A stretch of DNA of 64,000 bases from an uncultured bacterium (GTDB lineage: Bacteria > Auribacterota > JABMQX01 > JAFGEW01), in the NCBI GenBank assembly GCA_965369835.1, contig CBDUSE010000001.1:4393-68392 (forward strand), written 5' to 3'. The notes beneath the pieces were generated by a model. The model saw nothing but the letters and a program-made list of their open reading frames with translations. It did no database searches and had not been told where the DNA came from. Each line of letters opens with the position of its first letter. Position 1 is the first letter of the stretch. The position numbers and the translations under genes are program-made. Positions 47,629 through 57,196 of the stretch are shown here, one piece after another.

Positions 47629-48390
47629 ATGAGGCCGAATGCGCGGACATGGTTCGTGGCGATCGCCCTGGTGCTCGGCACGCTCGCTGCTGCACCGGCG
47701 CTCGGCGCCTCGCCCATCAACATCACCATTGACCTGGGCGAGGGCGGTGGTCGCCAACAAGTGAGCACCGGCCTGCAGCTCGTGGCGCTACTCACGGTGC
47801 TCTCGATCGCGCCGGCGCTCCTGGTGCTGCTTACCTCGTTTACCCGCATCGTCATCGTGCTCTCGTTCCTCAAGCGTTCGCTCGGCACCGGCTCGCAGCC
47901 GTCGAATCAGATCCTGGTGAGCCTGGCGCTGTTCCTGACGTTCTTCATCATGGCGCCGGTGTGGCAGAAGGTAAACGCCGAGGCGCTCAAGCCGTACATG
48001 ACCGAGGAGATCGGCCCGCAGGAAGCACTCGGCAAGGGCCTCAAGCCGATTCGCGATTTCATGTGGCGCCAGACGCGCGAGAAGGACCTGGCGCTCTTTG
48101 TTTATGTCTCGAAGATGGAACGGCCCGAGAGCATTGACGACGTGCCGACCCACGTGCTCATCCCGGCGTTCGTCCTGAGCGAGTTGCGCACCGCGTTCAC
48201 TATGGGGTTCGTGTTGTTCCTGCCGTTTTTGGTGATCGACATGGTCGTGGCAAGCGTGCTCCTCTCGATGGGCATGATGATGCTCCCGCCGGTGATGGTC
48301 TCGCTGCCGTTCAAGATCCTGCTCTTCATTATGGTGGACGGGTGGTACCTGATGATGCGCTCGCTCGTGGCGAGCTTCGGCACCGGGTAG
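47629..48390 (+). CDS. fliP: Flagellar biosynthesis protein FliP
   Basis: Signal peptide plus conserved FliP TM core (QLVALLTVLSIAPALLVLLTSFTRIVIVLSFLK). Confidence 0.92.
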   Translation: MRPNARTWFVAIALVLGTLAAAPALGASPINITIDLGEGGGRQQVSTGLQLVALLTVLSIAPALLVLLTSFTRIVIVLSFLKRSLGTGSQPSNQILVSLALFLTFFIMAPVWQKVNAEALKPYMTEEIGPQEALGKGLKPIRDFMWRQTREKDLALFVYVSKMERPESIDDVPTHVLIPAFVLSELRTAFTMGFVLFLPFLVIDMVVASVLLSMGMMMLPPVMVSLPFKILLFIMVDGWYLMMRSLVASFGTG

Positions 48391-48392
48391 CA

Positions 48393-48515
48393 GCCCGATC
48401 GGAATCGGGTCAAAGCCCGATAGGAATCGGGTTAGAGCCCGATCGGAATCGGGTTAGAGCCCGATAGGAATCGGGTCAAAGCCCGATAGGAATCGGGTTA
48501 GAGCCCGAACAGACA
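48393..48515 (+). repeat. About 5.5 tandem copies of a 22-bp unit AGCCCGAT(C/A)GGAATCGGGT(C/T)A(A/G). Each forms a 6-bp-stem hairpin CCCGAU-(C/A)GGA-AUCGGG with a GGA-containing tetraloop.
   Basis: Direct reading of the 143-nt fliP-fliQ intergenic region. The units are perfect, or differ by a single base at two positions. Confidence 0.85.
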
Positions 48516-48533
48516 TGGAGGCGAGAGAAGACG

Positions 48534-48803
48534 ATGACGCCCGAGCTGACGGTGACGTTGATGAAGCAGACGCTCTACACCGTGCTGATGGTTGCCGGCC
48601 CGCTGCTCGCTGCCGGGCTGATCATCGGCGTGCTGGTGAGCATTTTCCAGACGGTGACGCAGATCCGCGAGATGAGCCTGACGTTTGTGCCGAAGATCGT
48701 CGGCGTGCTGTTCGTTCTGGCGATCTTTGCGCCGTGGATGGCCGCCGCGCTCATTGACTTCACGCTCAACATCTTCCGCTATCTGCCTCGGTTCGCGCAC
48801 TAG
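48534..48803 (+). CDS. fliQ: Flagellar biosynthesis protein FliQ
   Basis: 89 aa, two TM helices, conserved FliQ sequence. Confidence 0.9.
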   Translation: MTPELTVTLMKQTLYTVLMVAGPLLAAGLIIGVLVSIFQTVTQIREMSLTFVPKIVGVLFVLAIFAPWMAAALIDFTLNIFRYLPRFAH

Positions 48804-48844
48804 GCGCGGCCGGCGACGAAAGCACCTCAAGGGCGCAGCGATGC

Positions 48845-49624
48845 ATGAAGCTCGACGAGTGGCTTACAGCGCACGTTCAGATGTTCGCCCTGATCTTTTT
48901 CAGGGTGATGAGCCTGTGTCTCATTGCGCCGATCTTCGGCAACAGGGCGGTGAGCCCGCGGCTCAAGGTCGGGTTGGGGTTCTTCCTGACGCTCATGCTG
49001 ATGCCGCTGATGATGCGCACGCAGTCGGTGGCGCTACGCCCGTGGTCGCACCTGCCGCTGCTGATCCTCGAGGAATGCTCCGTGGGCTTCATGATCGGGC
49101 TGATATCGAGCCTGCTGTTTGCCGTCACGCACCTGTCGGGCGAAATCCTCGGGCGGCACATGGGCTTCGGCATGGCCAAGGTGATCGACCCGACCTTCGG
49201 CGGCCAGACGTCGGTGGTGGCGCAGTTCGAGAACCTGATGGCCCTCATGCTCTTTCTCGCGATCAGCGGCCATCATCTGCTCGTGCTGGCGCTCTGCGAC
49301 AGCTTCGAGATCGTGCCGATCGGCGGCGTGCAGTGCGACTCGGGGATGGCGATGGAGGTGATCCGCGTGACCGGGCGCATCTTTCCCTTAGCGATCAAGA
49401 TCACGGCGCCCGCCTTTGTGATGCTGATGGTGACGACCGTCGTGATCGGGCTCGTGGCGCGCTGCGTGCCGCAGATGAACGTGCTGATTGTCGGGCTGCC
49501 GCTCAAGATCGGCGTGGGGCTGATCGGGCTGGCGGCTTGCGTACCGATGTTCTCGTACATCTTCGAGAAGATGCTGCGGGTGACCGCCGCGGATATCTAC
49601 ACCATGCTCGAACAGATGCACTAA
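48845..49624 (+). CDS. fliR: Flagellar biosynthesis protein FliR
   Basis: 259 aa polytopic protein with FliR topology. Confidence 0.88.
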   Translation: MKLDEWLTAHVQMFALIFFRVMSLCLIAPIFGNRAVSPRLKVGLGFFLTLMLMPLMMRTQSVALRPWSHLPLLILEECSVGFMIGLISSLLFAVTHLSGEILGRHMGFGMAKVIDPTFGGQTSVVAQFENLMALMLFLAISGHHLLVLALCDSFEIVPIGGVQCDSGMAMEVIRVTGRIFPLAIKITAPAFVMLMVTTVVIGLVARCVPQMNVLIVGLPLKIGVGLIGLAACVPMFSYIFEKMLRVTAADIYTMLEQMH

Positions 49625-49639
49625 CGCGTGGGCTGAGCG

Positions 49640-50731
49640 ATGCCGGACGAGGACAAAGAAGCACGAACAGAGAAAGCGACGCCGAAGCGCCGCAGCGAAA
49701 CGCGCGAGAAGGGCAACGTCGCCCAGAGCCCCGAGGTGGGCTCGGTGGTCGTGCTGTTCCTCGGCATCGTGTCTATCTGGTTTGCCGGGTCGTTCATCAG
49801 CGGGCGGTTTCAGGAATTGATGCGGACGACCTTTACCACGTACACGAGCGTCGAGCTGACGCCCTCGAGCGTGCAGCAGCTCCTCGTCGGGACCGTGGCG
49901 CGGATGGCGGTCATGATCGCGCCCATTATGCTCGTGTTGGTGCTGGCGGCGTTCGCGGCCTCGGCCATGCAGTTCGGTTTTCTCTGGGCGCCGCAGGCGC
50001 TCAAGCCGAAGCTGAGCCAGATCCAGCCGAAGCTGAGCCGGCTCAACTTCCTCAGCAAGGACAAGCTGATAGACCTGGCCGTCGCGGTCGGCAAGATCAC
50101 CTTGATCAGCCTCGTGGCGTATTGGTCGCTCAAGGCGTACCTGCCCCGCTTCCTGCCGCTGATGGACCAGACGGTGCCGCAGATTGCCGACTTCACCGTC
50201 GGGATCGCCTTCCGGATAGTAATCCGCATCATTGTGCTGCTCATCGTGCTGGCGGCGCTCGACTATCTGTGGAAGCGGCACCGCTACGAGGACAAGATCA
50301 AGATGACCAAGCAGCAGGTCAAGGACGAGCGCAAGAACGTCGAGGGCGACCCGATGATCAAGGGCCACATCCGCGGCCTGCAGCTCAAGGCCAGCATGCA
50401 GCGCATGATGCAGGATGTGCCCAAGGCGGACGTGGTGATTACCAACCCGACGCACTACGCGATCGCGCTTCGCTACGAGCCGGAAACGATGCCGGCGCCC
50501 AAGGTCGTCGCCAAGGGCGCCCGCCTGTTGGCCGAGCGGATCATCGAGCTGGCAAAGATGCACCACGTGCCGATTGTCGAGAACGCGCCGCTCGTGCAGG
50601 CGCTCTACAAGGTGGTCGAGGTCGGTGGCTACGTGCCGGTGGCCTTCTATCACGCCGTGGCCGAGGTGCTTGCCTATGTCTTTGCGATCGGCCGTGCACG
50701 TCGGGGAGTGCCGGTCGGGTCGCCATCGTAG
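49640..50731 (+). CDS. flhB: Flagellar export apparatus protein FlhB
   Basis: N-terminal EKTEKATPKRR, four TM helices, and the NPTH autocleavage motif (ITNPTHYAIAL). Confidence 0.92.
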   Translation: MPDEDKEARTEKATPKRRSETREKGNVAQSPEVGSVVVLFLGIVSIWFAGSFISGRFQELMRTTFTTYTSVELTPSSVQQLLVGTVARMAVMIAPIMLVLVLAAFAASAMQFGFLWAPQALKPKLSQIQPKLSRLNFLSKDKLIDLAVAVGKITLISLVAYWSLKAYLPRFLPLMDQTVPQIADFTVGIAFRIVIRIIVLLIVLAALDYLWKRHRYEDKIKMTKQQVKDERKNVEGDPMIKGHIRGLQLKASMQRMMQDVPKADVVITNPTHYAIALRYEPETMPAPKVVAKGARLLAERIIELAKMHHVPIVENAPLVQALYKVVEVGGYVPVAFYHAVAEVLAYVFAIGRARRGVPVGSPS

Positions 50732-50763
50732 AAGCGCACGCAACGCACTGTTCGTAGAGGGAC

Positions 50764-52866
50764 ATGATGCTGGGAGCGGGCCGGGAGACAAAACTCGCGA
50801 GGTTCGGCAACATCGGGCTTGCCGTGGCGATCGTCGGCGTGCTGGTCGCCATCATCATCCCACTGCCGAGCAACGTCCTCGACGTCCTGCTCACTGTAAA
50901 CATTACCCTCTCGGTGCTCATTCTGCTCGTTGTGATCTACACCGAGAGAAGCCTCGACCTGGCGGTCTTTCCCTCGCTCCTGCTGTTCACGACGCTCTTT
51001 AGGCTTTCGCTCAACGTGGCGACAACGCGCCGCATCCTGCTCGACGGCGAGGCGGGCCGCGTGATCGAGGCGTTCGGCAACTTCGTCGTGGGCGGCAACT
51101 TCGTCGTCGGCGCGGTCATCTTCCTGATCCTGATCATCATCCAGTTCGTCGTCATCACTAAGGGTACTACTCGCATCGCCGAGGTGACGGCGCGCTTTAC
51201 ACTCGATGCGATGCCCGGCAAGCAGATGGCGATTGATGCGGACCTCAACACGGGCCTCATCACCGAGGAGGAGGCGCGCGCGCGGCGGCAGCAGATCGGG
51301 CGCGAGGCGGATTTTTACGGCGCCATGGACGGCGCGAGCAAGTTCGTGCGCGGCGACGCGATGGCGGGCCTCCTTATTACCGTGATCAACGTGCTCGGCG
51401 GCCTCTCAATCGGCGTCTTCCAGCGCGGCATGGCGGTCGGCGTGGCCGCGCAGCACTACACGCTGCTCACGATCGGCGACGGGCTGGTCGCGCAGATCCC
51501 CTCGCTCATCGTCGCCACCGCGGCCGGCGTGCTCGTGAGCCGCGCCGGCTCGACGGAGAAAAGCATCGGCGAGGACCTTGCCTCGCAGCTCCTCAAGAAG
51601 CCGCACGCGCTGCTCGTGACAGCGTGCATGCTCGGCTTCTTCGCGATCATGCCCGGCCTGCCGGCGCTGCCGTTCCTGCTGCTCGGGGCCGTCACGGGCA
51701 CGGTCGGCTACCTGACCATGCGGGCCACGAAGCACAAGGAGGAGGCGATCGAGGCCGAGGAGGCGGAGAAGGTCGAGGTGCCTGAGCCGGAACGCGTCAA
51801 GCGGCTGCTGCACGTGGACCCGATGGAGCTCGAGATCGGCTATGGCCTCATCCCGCTCGTGGACGCCTCGCAGGGCGGTGACATTCTGGACCGGATCACG
51901 ATGCTGCGCCGCGAGTTCGCCACGGAGCTGGGCCTGGTGGTGCCGCCGATTCGCATCCGCGACAACCTCGAGCTCGAGCCGAACAACTACCGGCTCAAGA
52001 TCGAGGGGACGCGGGTCGCCGGCGGCGAGCTGATGGTCGGCATGTACATGGCGCTCAACACCGCCGCCGCGGCCGGGGAGCTGCAGGGCATCCCGACCAC
52101 GGAGCCGTCCTTCGGCCTGCCCGCGGTGTGGATCAGCGACGCGCAGAAGGATCGCGCCGAGGCGCTCGGCTACACCGTGGTGGACACCTCGAGCGTGCTG
52201 GCGACGCACCTGTCCGAGACGATCCGGCAGCACGCGGCCGAGCTGCTGAGCCGGCAGGCAGTGCAGGAGCTGCTCGACAGCGTCAAGAAGAACTACCCGG
52301 TGCTCGTCGAGGAGCTGGTGCCCAACGTGCTCGGCGTCGGGCAGGTCCAGCGCGTGCTACAGAACCTGCTCGGCGAGCGCGTCAGCATCCGCCAGTTGCC
52401 GACGATTCTCGAGACGCTTTCCGACTACGGCACGATGACCAAGGACGTTGACGTGCTCAGCGAGTACGTGCGCCACGCGCTGGCCCGCGTGATCACGACG
52501 CAGTACGCCGACGCCGAGGGCAAGGTCAACGCGGTGCTGATTGATCCGCAGCTCGAGCCGCAGCTCGTCAATTCGGTCCAGAAGACCGCGCACGGCTCGG
52601 CGCTCGTGCTCGATCCGAACACCGGTCGCCAGCTCACTGAGGCGATCAGCCGGACCGTGCAGGAGGCGACGGCCGTGGCGCCCAACCCGGTCGTGCTCTG
52701 CTCGCCCACGCTGCGGCTTGCGCTCAAGCGCTTCCTCGGGCGCGAGCTGTCCAAGCTGGCCGTGCTCTCGTATAGCGACATCACCTCCGAGGCGGAGATT
52801 CAGTCGGTGGGCCTGGTGCGGCTCGAGCCGCAGGCCGAGCCCGCGGCCGAGCCGGCGGGGGTTTGA
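50764..52866 (+). CDS. flhA: Flagellar export apparatus protein FlhA
   Basis: 700 aa with the FHIPEP signature and conserved TM and cytoplasmic domains. Confidence 0.93.
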   Translation: MMLGAGRETKLARFGNIGLAVAIVGVLVAIIIPLPSNVLDVLLTVNITLSVLILLVVIYTERSLDLAVFPSLLLFTTLFRLSLNVATTRRILLDGEAGRVIEAFGNFVVGGNFVVGAVIFLILIIIQFVVITKGTTRIAEVTARFTLDAMPGKQMAIDADLNTGLITEEEARARRQQIGREADFYGAMDGASKFVRGDAMAGLLITVINVLGGLSIGVFQRGMAVGVAAQHYTLLTIGDGLVAQIPSLIVATAAGVLVSRAGSTEKSIGEDLASQLLKKPHALLVTACMLGFFAIMPGLPALPFLLLGAVTGTVGYLTMRATKHKEEAIEAEEAEKVEVPEPERVKRLLHVDPMELEIGYGLIPLVDASQGGDILDRITMLRREFATELGLVVPPIRIRDNLELEPNNYRLKIEGTRVAGGELMVGMYMALNTAAAAGELQGIPTTEPSFGLPAVWISDAQKDRAEALGYTVVDTSSVLATHLSETIRQHAAELLSRQAVQELLDSVKKNYPVLVEELVPNVLGVGQVQRVLQNLLGERVSIRQLPTILETLSDYGTMTKDVDVLSEYVRHALARVITTQYADAEGKVNAVLIDPQLEPQLVNSVQKTAHGSALVLDPNTGRQLTEAISRTVQEATAVAPNPVVLCSPTLRLALKRFLGRELSKLAVLSYSDITSEAEIQSVGLVRLEPQAEPAAEPAGV

Positions 52867-54074
52867 CGCGGGCGCTCGCGTGTAAACGGCAACACAACGC
52901 AAGGGGACAGACAGGGTGAAGGTCAAACGATACACAGCGGGGACAATGCAGGAGGCGATTGATCAGATCCGTCACGACCTCGGGCCGAACGCCGTGATCC
53001 TGCACTCGCGCAAGGTCGGCCGTGGCGGGGTGCTCAGCCTGCTCGGCAAACCGGTCATCGAGGTCACGGCCGCCGTGGACGCCGAGGCCGCGCTGCACCA
53101 CGAGCCGGAACCGGCGCCTCGCGTCGAGAGCGGCAGCGGCGCGAGCGAGCCGGGTATGGACCCCCGTCTCGCGGCCTACCTCAACTCGCCGCGGCCCGAG
53201 CACGGACCGATCGGGTCGCCCATGGCCCCCGAGGCGGTCGGGCCGACGGGTGTCGTCGAGAGCATCCGCCGCCAGCTCGTCGGCAACGACGTGGACGAGC
53301 TGCTCGCCGAGGCGCTGCTGCGCTCTGCGGTCGAAGACCTGCATACGACGGACAACGAGGGCCTTATTAAGGAATACATCGAGAAGCGGATCGAGCGCTT
53401 CATCCGTGTGACCGGGCCGATCACGTGTGAGCCGGGCAAGGCGAAGATCGTCGCGCTCGTCGGGCCGACCGGTGTCGGCAAGACCACCACCGTCGCCAAG
53501 CTCGCCGCTCACTTCTCCGTGTTCGAGCGCAAGAACGTGGCGATCATCACCGTGGACGTGTTCCGGGTCGCCGCCATCGAGCAGATGCGCGTCTACGCTA
53601 GGCTGCTCAAGGTCCCGATCGAGGTAGTGCTCACCCCGACCGACCTGAAGAGCACGATCGCCGCTCACCGCGACAAGGACCTGGTCCTTGTAGATTCGGG
53701 TGGGCGCAGCCAGTACAACTGGATGCAAGTGCTTGAACTGACAAGCTTTCTCAAGGAACTCAGCGAGGCCGAGGTGCATCTGGCCCTCAGCGCCACCACG
53801 CGCTGCAAGGAGAACCTGGCCGTGGTTGAGCGATTCTCCTCGATGCGTATTCACAGTCTCCTCTTCACGAAGCTCGATGAGACGAGGGACTACGGGTCGC
53901 TTCTGACCCTGGCGGTCAAGTCGAAGCGGCCGATTTCGTATCTGACGACGGGGCAAAACATTCCCGAGAACATCGAGCCTGCCTCCGCCACGAAGTTGGC
54001 ACGAATGATTCTACGCACAGAGGTCGAACGGAAGGTCGGGCCGCCGGAACTGCCCGATATGCAAGAAGAGGAAG

Positions 54075-54963
<889 letters not shown>

Positions 54964-54983
<20 letters not shown>

Positions 54984-55245
54984 ATTGGCGCTCGGCCTGG
55001 CCGTGATGGCGTTTGTGGTGGTGGCGGTCTCGTCGTCGTTGGCGGGGGCCTCGCCGATGAGCGTCATCTCGCGCGGGGTCGTCGCGTTCGTGGTCTTCGG
55101 GGTCTTCGGCCTCGTCGCGCTGCGCGGTGTGGTCTACAGCGTGATCAGCGATCTCGCCAGGCAGGCCGAGGAGAAGAGGCGCAAGGAGGAAGAAGAGAAG
55201 CAGGCCCAGAAGGAACAGGAGCAGAACTTCTCGCTCCCGGAGTAA
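54964..55245 (+). CDS. Small two-TM membrane protein with a Lys/Glu-rich C-terminal tail
   Basis: 93 aa ORF between flhG and fliA with two hydrophobic helices and an EEKRRKEEEEKQAQKEQEQ tail. Confidence 0.3.
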
Positions 55246-55270
55246 GCGGTGAGCAGAGGGCAGCGACCAG

Positions 55271-56080
55271 ATGAGCGACACCATCGAGACAGTGTGGCAG
55301 CAGTACCTCGCGGACCGCACTCACGCGGCCGCTAAGGACAAGCTCGTTCTCAACTACCTGCCGCTGGTCAAGTACGTGGCCGGGCGGCTCGCGATCACCC
55401 TGCCGTCCCATGTGGACATCAACGACCTGATTAGCTCGGGCGTGATTGGGCTGATCAGCGCCCTGGAGAATTTCGAACCGAAGTTCAAGACCAAGTTTGA
55501 GACCTACGCGATCATTCGCATCCGGGGCGCCATGCTCGATGAGCTCCGCTCGCTCGACTGGGTGCCGCGCTCGATGCGCGAGAAGTTCTGTGCGCTCCAG
55601 CGGGCGCACGTGAGCCTCGAGCAGGAGCTCGGCCGTCCCGCACGCGACGACGAGGTGGCGGCGAGGCTCAACATCGGCGTGAGCGATCTCGATGCCCTGA
55701 TGAATGAGGAGCGTTCGGTGGCGTTCCTCTCGCTCAACGAGCTGCTGAACCCCGACGACGGTGATCGTAAGGCGGTGAGCATGATTGACTCGGTCCACGA
55801 CGAGAACCAGCCGTCGCCGCTTACCGCGGCGGACACGAAGGAGAAGAGGGCGATCCTGGCGCAGGCGATCCAGGAGCTACCCGAGCAGGAGCGGATCGTC
55901 ATCGCGCTCTACTACTACGAACGGCTCATGCTCAAGGAGATCGGCGCGGTGCTCGGCATTTCCGAGTCTCGCGTCTCGCAGGTACACACCAAGGCATTGA
56001 CCCGGCTTGGCGGAAAACTACGGCGCTGCGATTCGCCCGTCCGAGCCCTGGCCCGTGCCGGCCACTCCGGCGACGAGTAG
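55271..56080 (+). CDS. fliA: Flagellar sigma factor sigma28 (FliA/SigD)
   Basis: Sigma70 regions 2, 3 and 4 are present (YLPLVKYVAGRL, region 4 ERIVIALYYYERLMLKEIGAVLGISESRVSQVHTKAL). Confidence 0.9.
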   Translation: MSDTIETVWQQYLADRTHAAAKDKLVLNYLPLVKYVAGRLAITLPSHVDINDLISSGVIGLISALENFEPKFKTKFETYAIIRIRGAMLDELRSLDWVPRSMREKFCALQRAHVSLEQELGRPARDDEVAARLNIGVSDLDALMNEERSVAFLSLNELLNPDDGDRKAVSMIDSVHDENQPSPLTAADTKEKRAILAQAIQELPEQERIVIALYYYERLMLKEIGAVLGISESRVSQVHTKALTRLGGKLRRCDSPVRALARAGHSGDE

Positions 56081-56128
56081 TCGCCGGGCGGCGTGTCGCG
56101 CCGCCGGTCGCGCCGCGAGGGGGCCGAA

Positions 56129-56449
56129 ATGGTCGAACCGGTCAACTACCAACACACGCTCGCGCGCACTCAGATCGCCGAACAGATGCAGGAGACGGCG
56201 AAGCAGCAGCACATCGGCGACGAGCAGGCGTTCGCCGACGAGCTGACCAAGCTCGAGAAGGCGCGTGAAAAGCAGGTCCAGCACACGGAGCAGGATCAGG
56301 AAGGCGTCAAGGTGCGCGAGGAGGAGCAGCAGAAAAAAGGTCACGAGGAAGGCAAGGAGCGAGGGGAACATGGACCTGAAAAGGAACCACATGCCCCACC
56401 CGACGAGATCACGGACGATCCAGACCATCACATTGACATCACCGTCTAG
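56129..56449 (+). CDS. Acidic, low-complexity small protein downstream of fliA
   Basis: ATG with a GAGGGGG SD. 106 aa, Glu/Lys/Gln-rich. No recognisable domain. Confidence 0.3.
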   Translation: MVEPVNYQHTLARTQIAEQMQETAKQQHIGDEQAFADELTKLEKAREKQVQHTEQDQEGVKVREEEQQKKGHEEGKERGEHGPEKEPHAPPDEITDDPDHHIDITV

Positions 56450-56485
56450 GCAGCCATCGCTGCCCGGCGGCCGGGAGGAAGTCGC

Positions 56486-57196
56486 ATGAAACAACGAGCA
56501 TTCTGGATCGTTCTGATCGCCCTGGCATGCCTGCAGGCAGGCTGCGGGACGATGAGGAAGCGAGCGAGGCTGCACTTCGCGCCGCAGCATGCCATCACCA
56601 ACTGGTCGCGCGATCCCCGGTTCGAGCGGCTCGGCATCCGGCGCGTCGCCGTGCTGCCTTTTGTTGACCGGAGCCGGTACGCCGAGGCGTCCGCGCGCCT
56701 GACCGAGGCGTTCACGCTCGAGCTCAGGAAGACGAGGAAGTTCGACGTGATGGCGTGCCGGCGCGAGATGCCGCTGGCGCACCTGGCCGCCTCGCGCTCG
56801 AAGTTCGATGCGGTCGAGGCGCGGCTGCTCGGCGAGACACTCAATGTGGACGCCGTGATCCTGGGCGAAATCGTTGAGTACGAGCCGTACAGGCCGATCG
56901 CTATCGGCCTGCGCGTCGTCATGATTGACGCGCGCAGCGGGCGCGTGGTGTGGACCGTGGACGAGATGCTCGACACCGGCGAGCTCGCCGTGGCGAACCT
57001 GGCGCGGCAGTACTACTACGATGTGGTGGACCCGAAGGCGTCGGAGTTCCTCGACGACCGCGTGCTGCTCAGCATGCGGACGTTCGCGCGTTGTGTCTGC
57101 TACCACTTAGTCAGAACGCTCGACCGTCCGCTCTCGGTGAAGGTCGAGGCCCCGGCGAGCGCTGGGGCGACCGGAGCTGTTTCAGGCGGTCTCTGA
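56486..57196 (+). CDS. Outer-membrane-type lipoprotein (FlgP/LpoB/CsgG-N-like fold), possibly flagellum-associated
   Basis: Lipobox LQAGC, then the VAVLPFVDRS...LTEAFTLEL...VDAVILGEIVEYEP pattern. Confidence 0.4.
   Translation: MKQRAFWIVLIALACLQAGCGTMRKRARLHFAPQHAITNWSRDPRFERLGIRRVAVLPFVDRSRYAEASARLTEAFTLELRKTRKFDVMACRREMPLAHLAASRSKFDAVEARLLGETLNVDAVILGEIVEYEPYRPIAIGLRVVMIDARSGRVVWTVDEMLDTGELAVANLARQYYYDVVDPKASEFLDDRVLLSMRTFARCVCYHLVRTLDRPLSVKVEAPASAGATGAVSGGL

Noticed and set aside
48393-48515. Whether the hairpin repeat array is a CRISPR array
   Set aside because: The units are directly abutting, with no unique spacers. The unit length is 22 bp and there are no cas genes, so this is not CRISPR.
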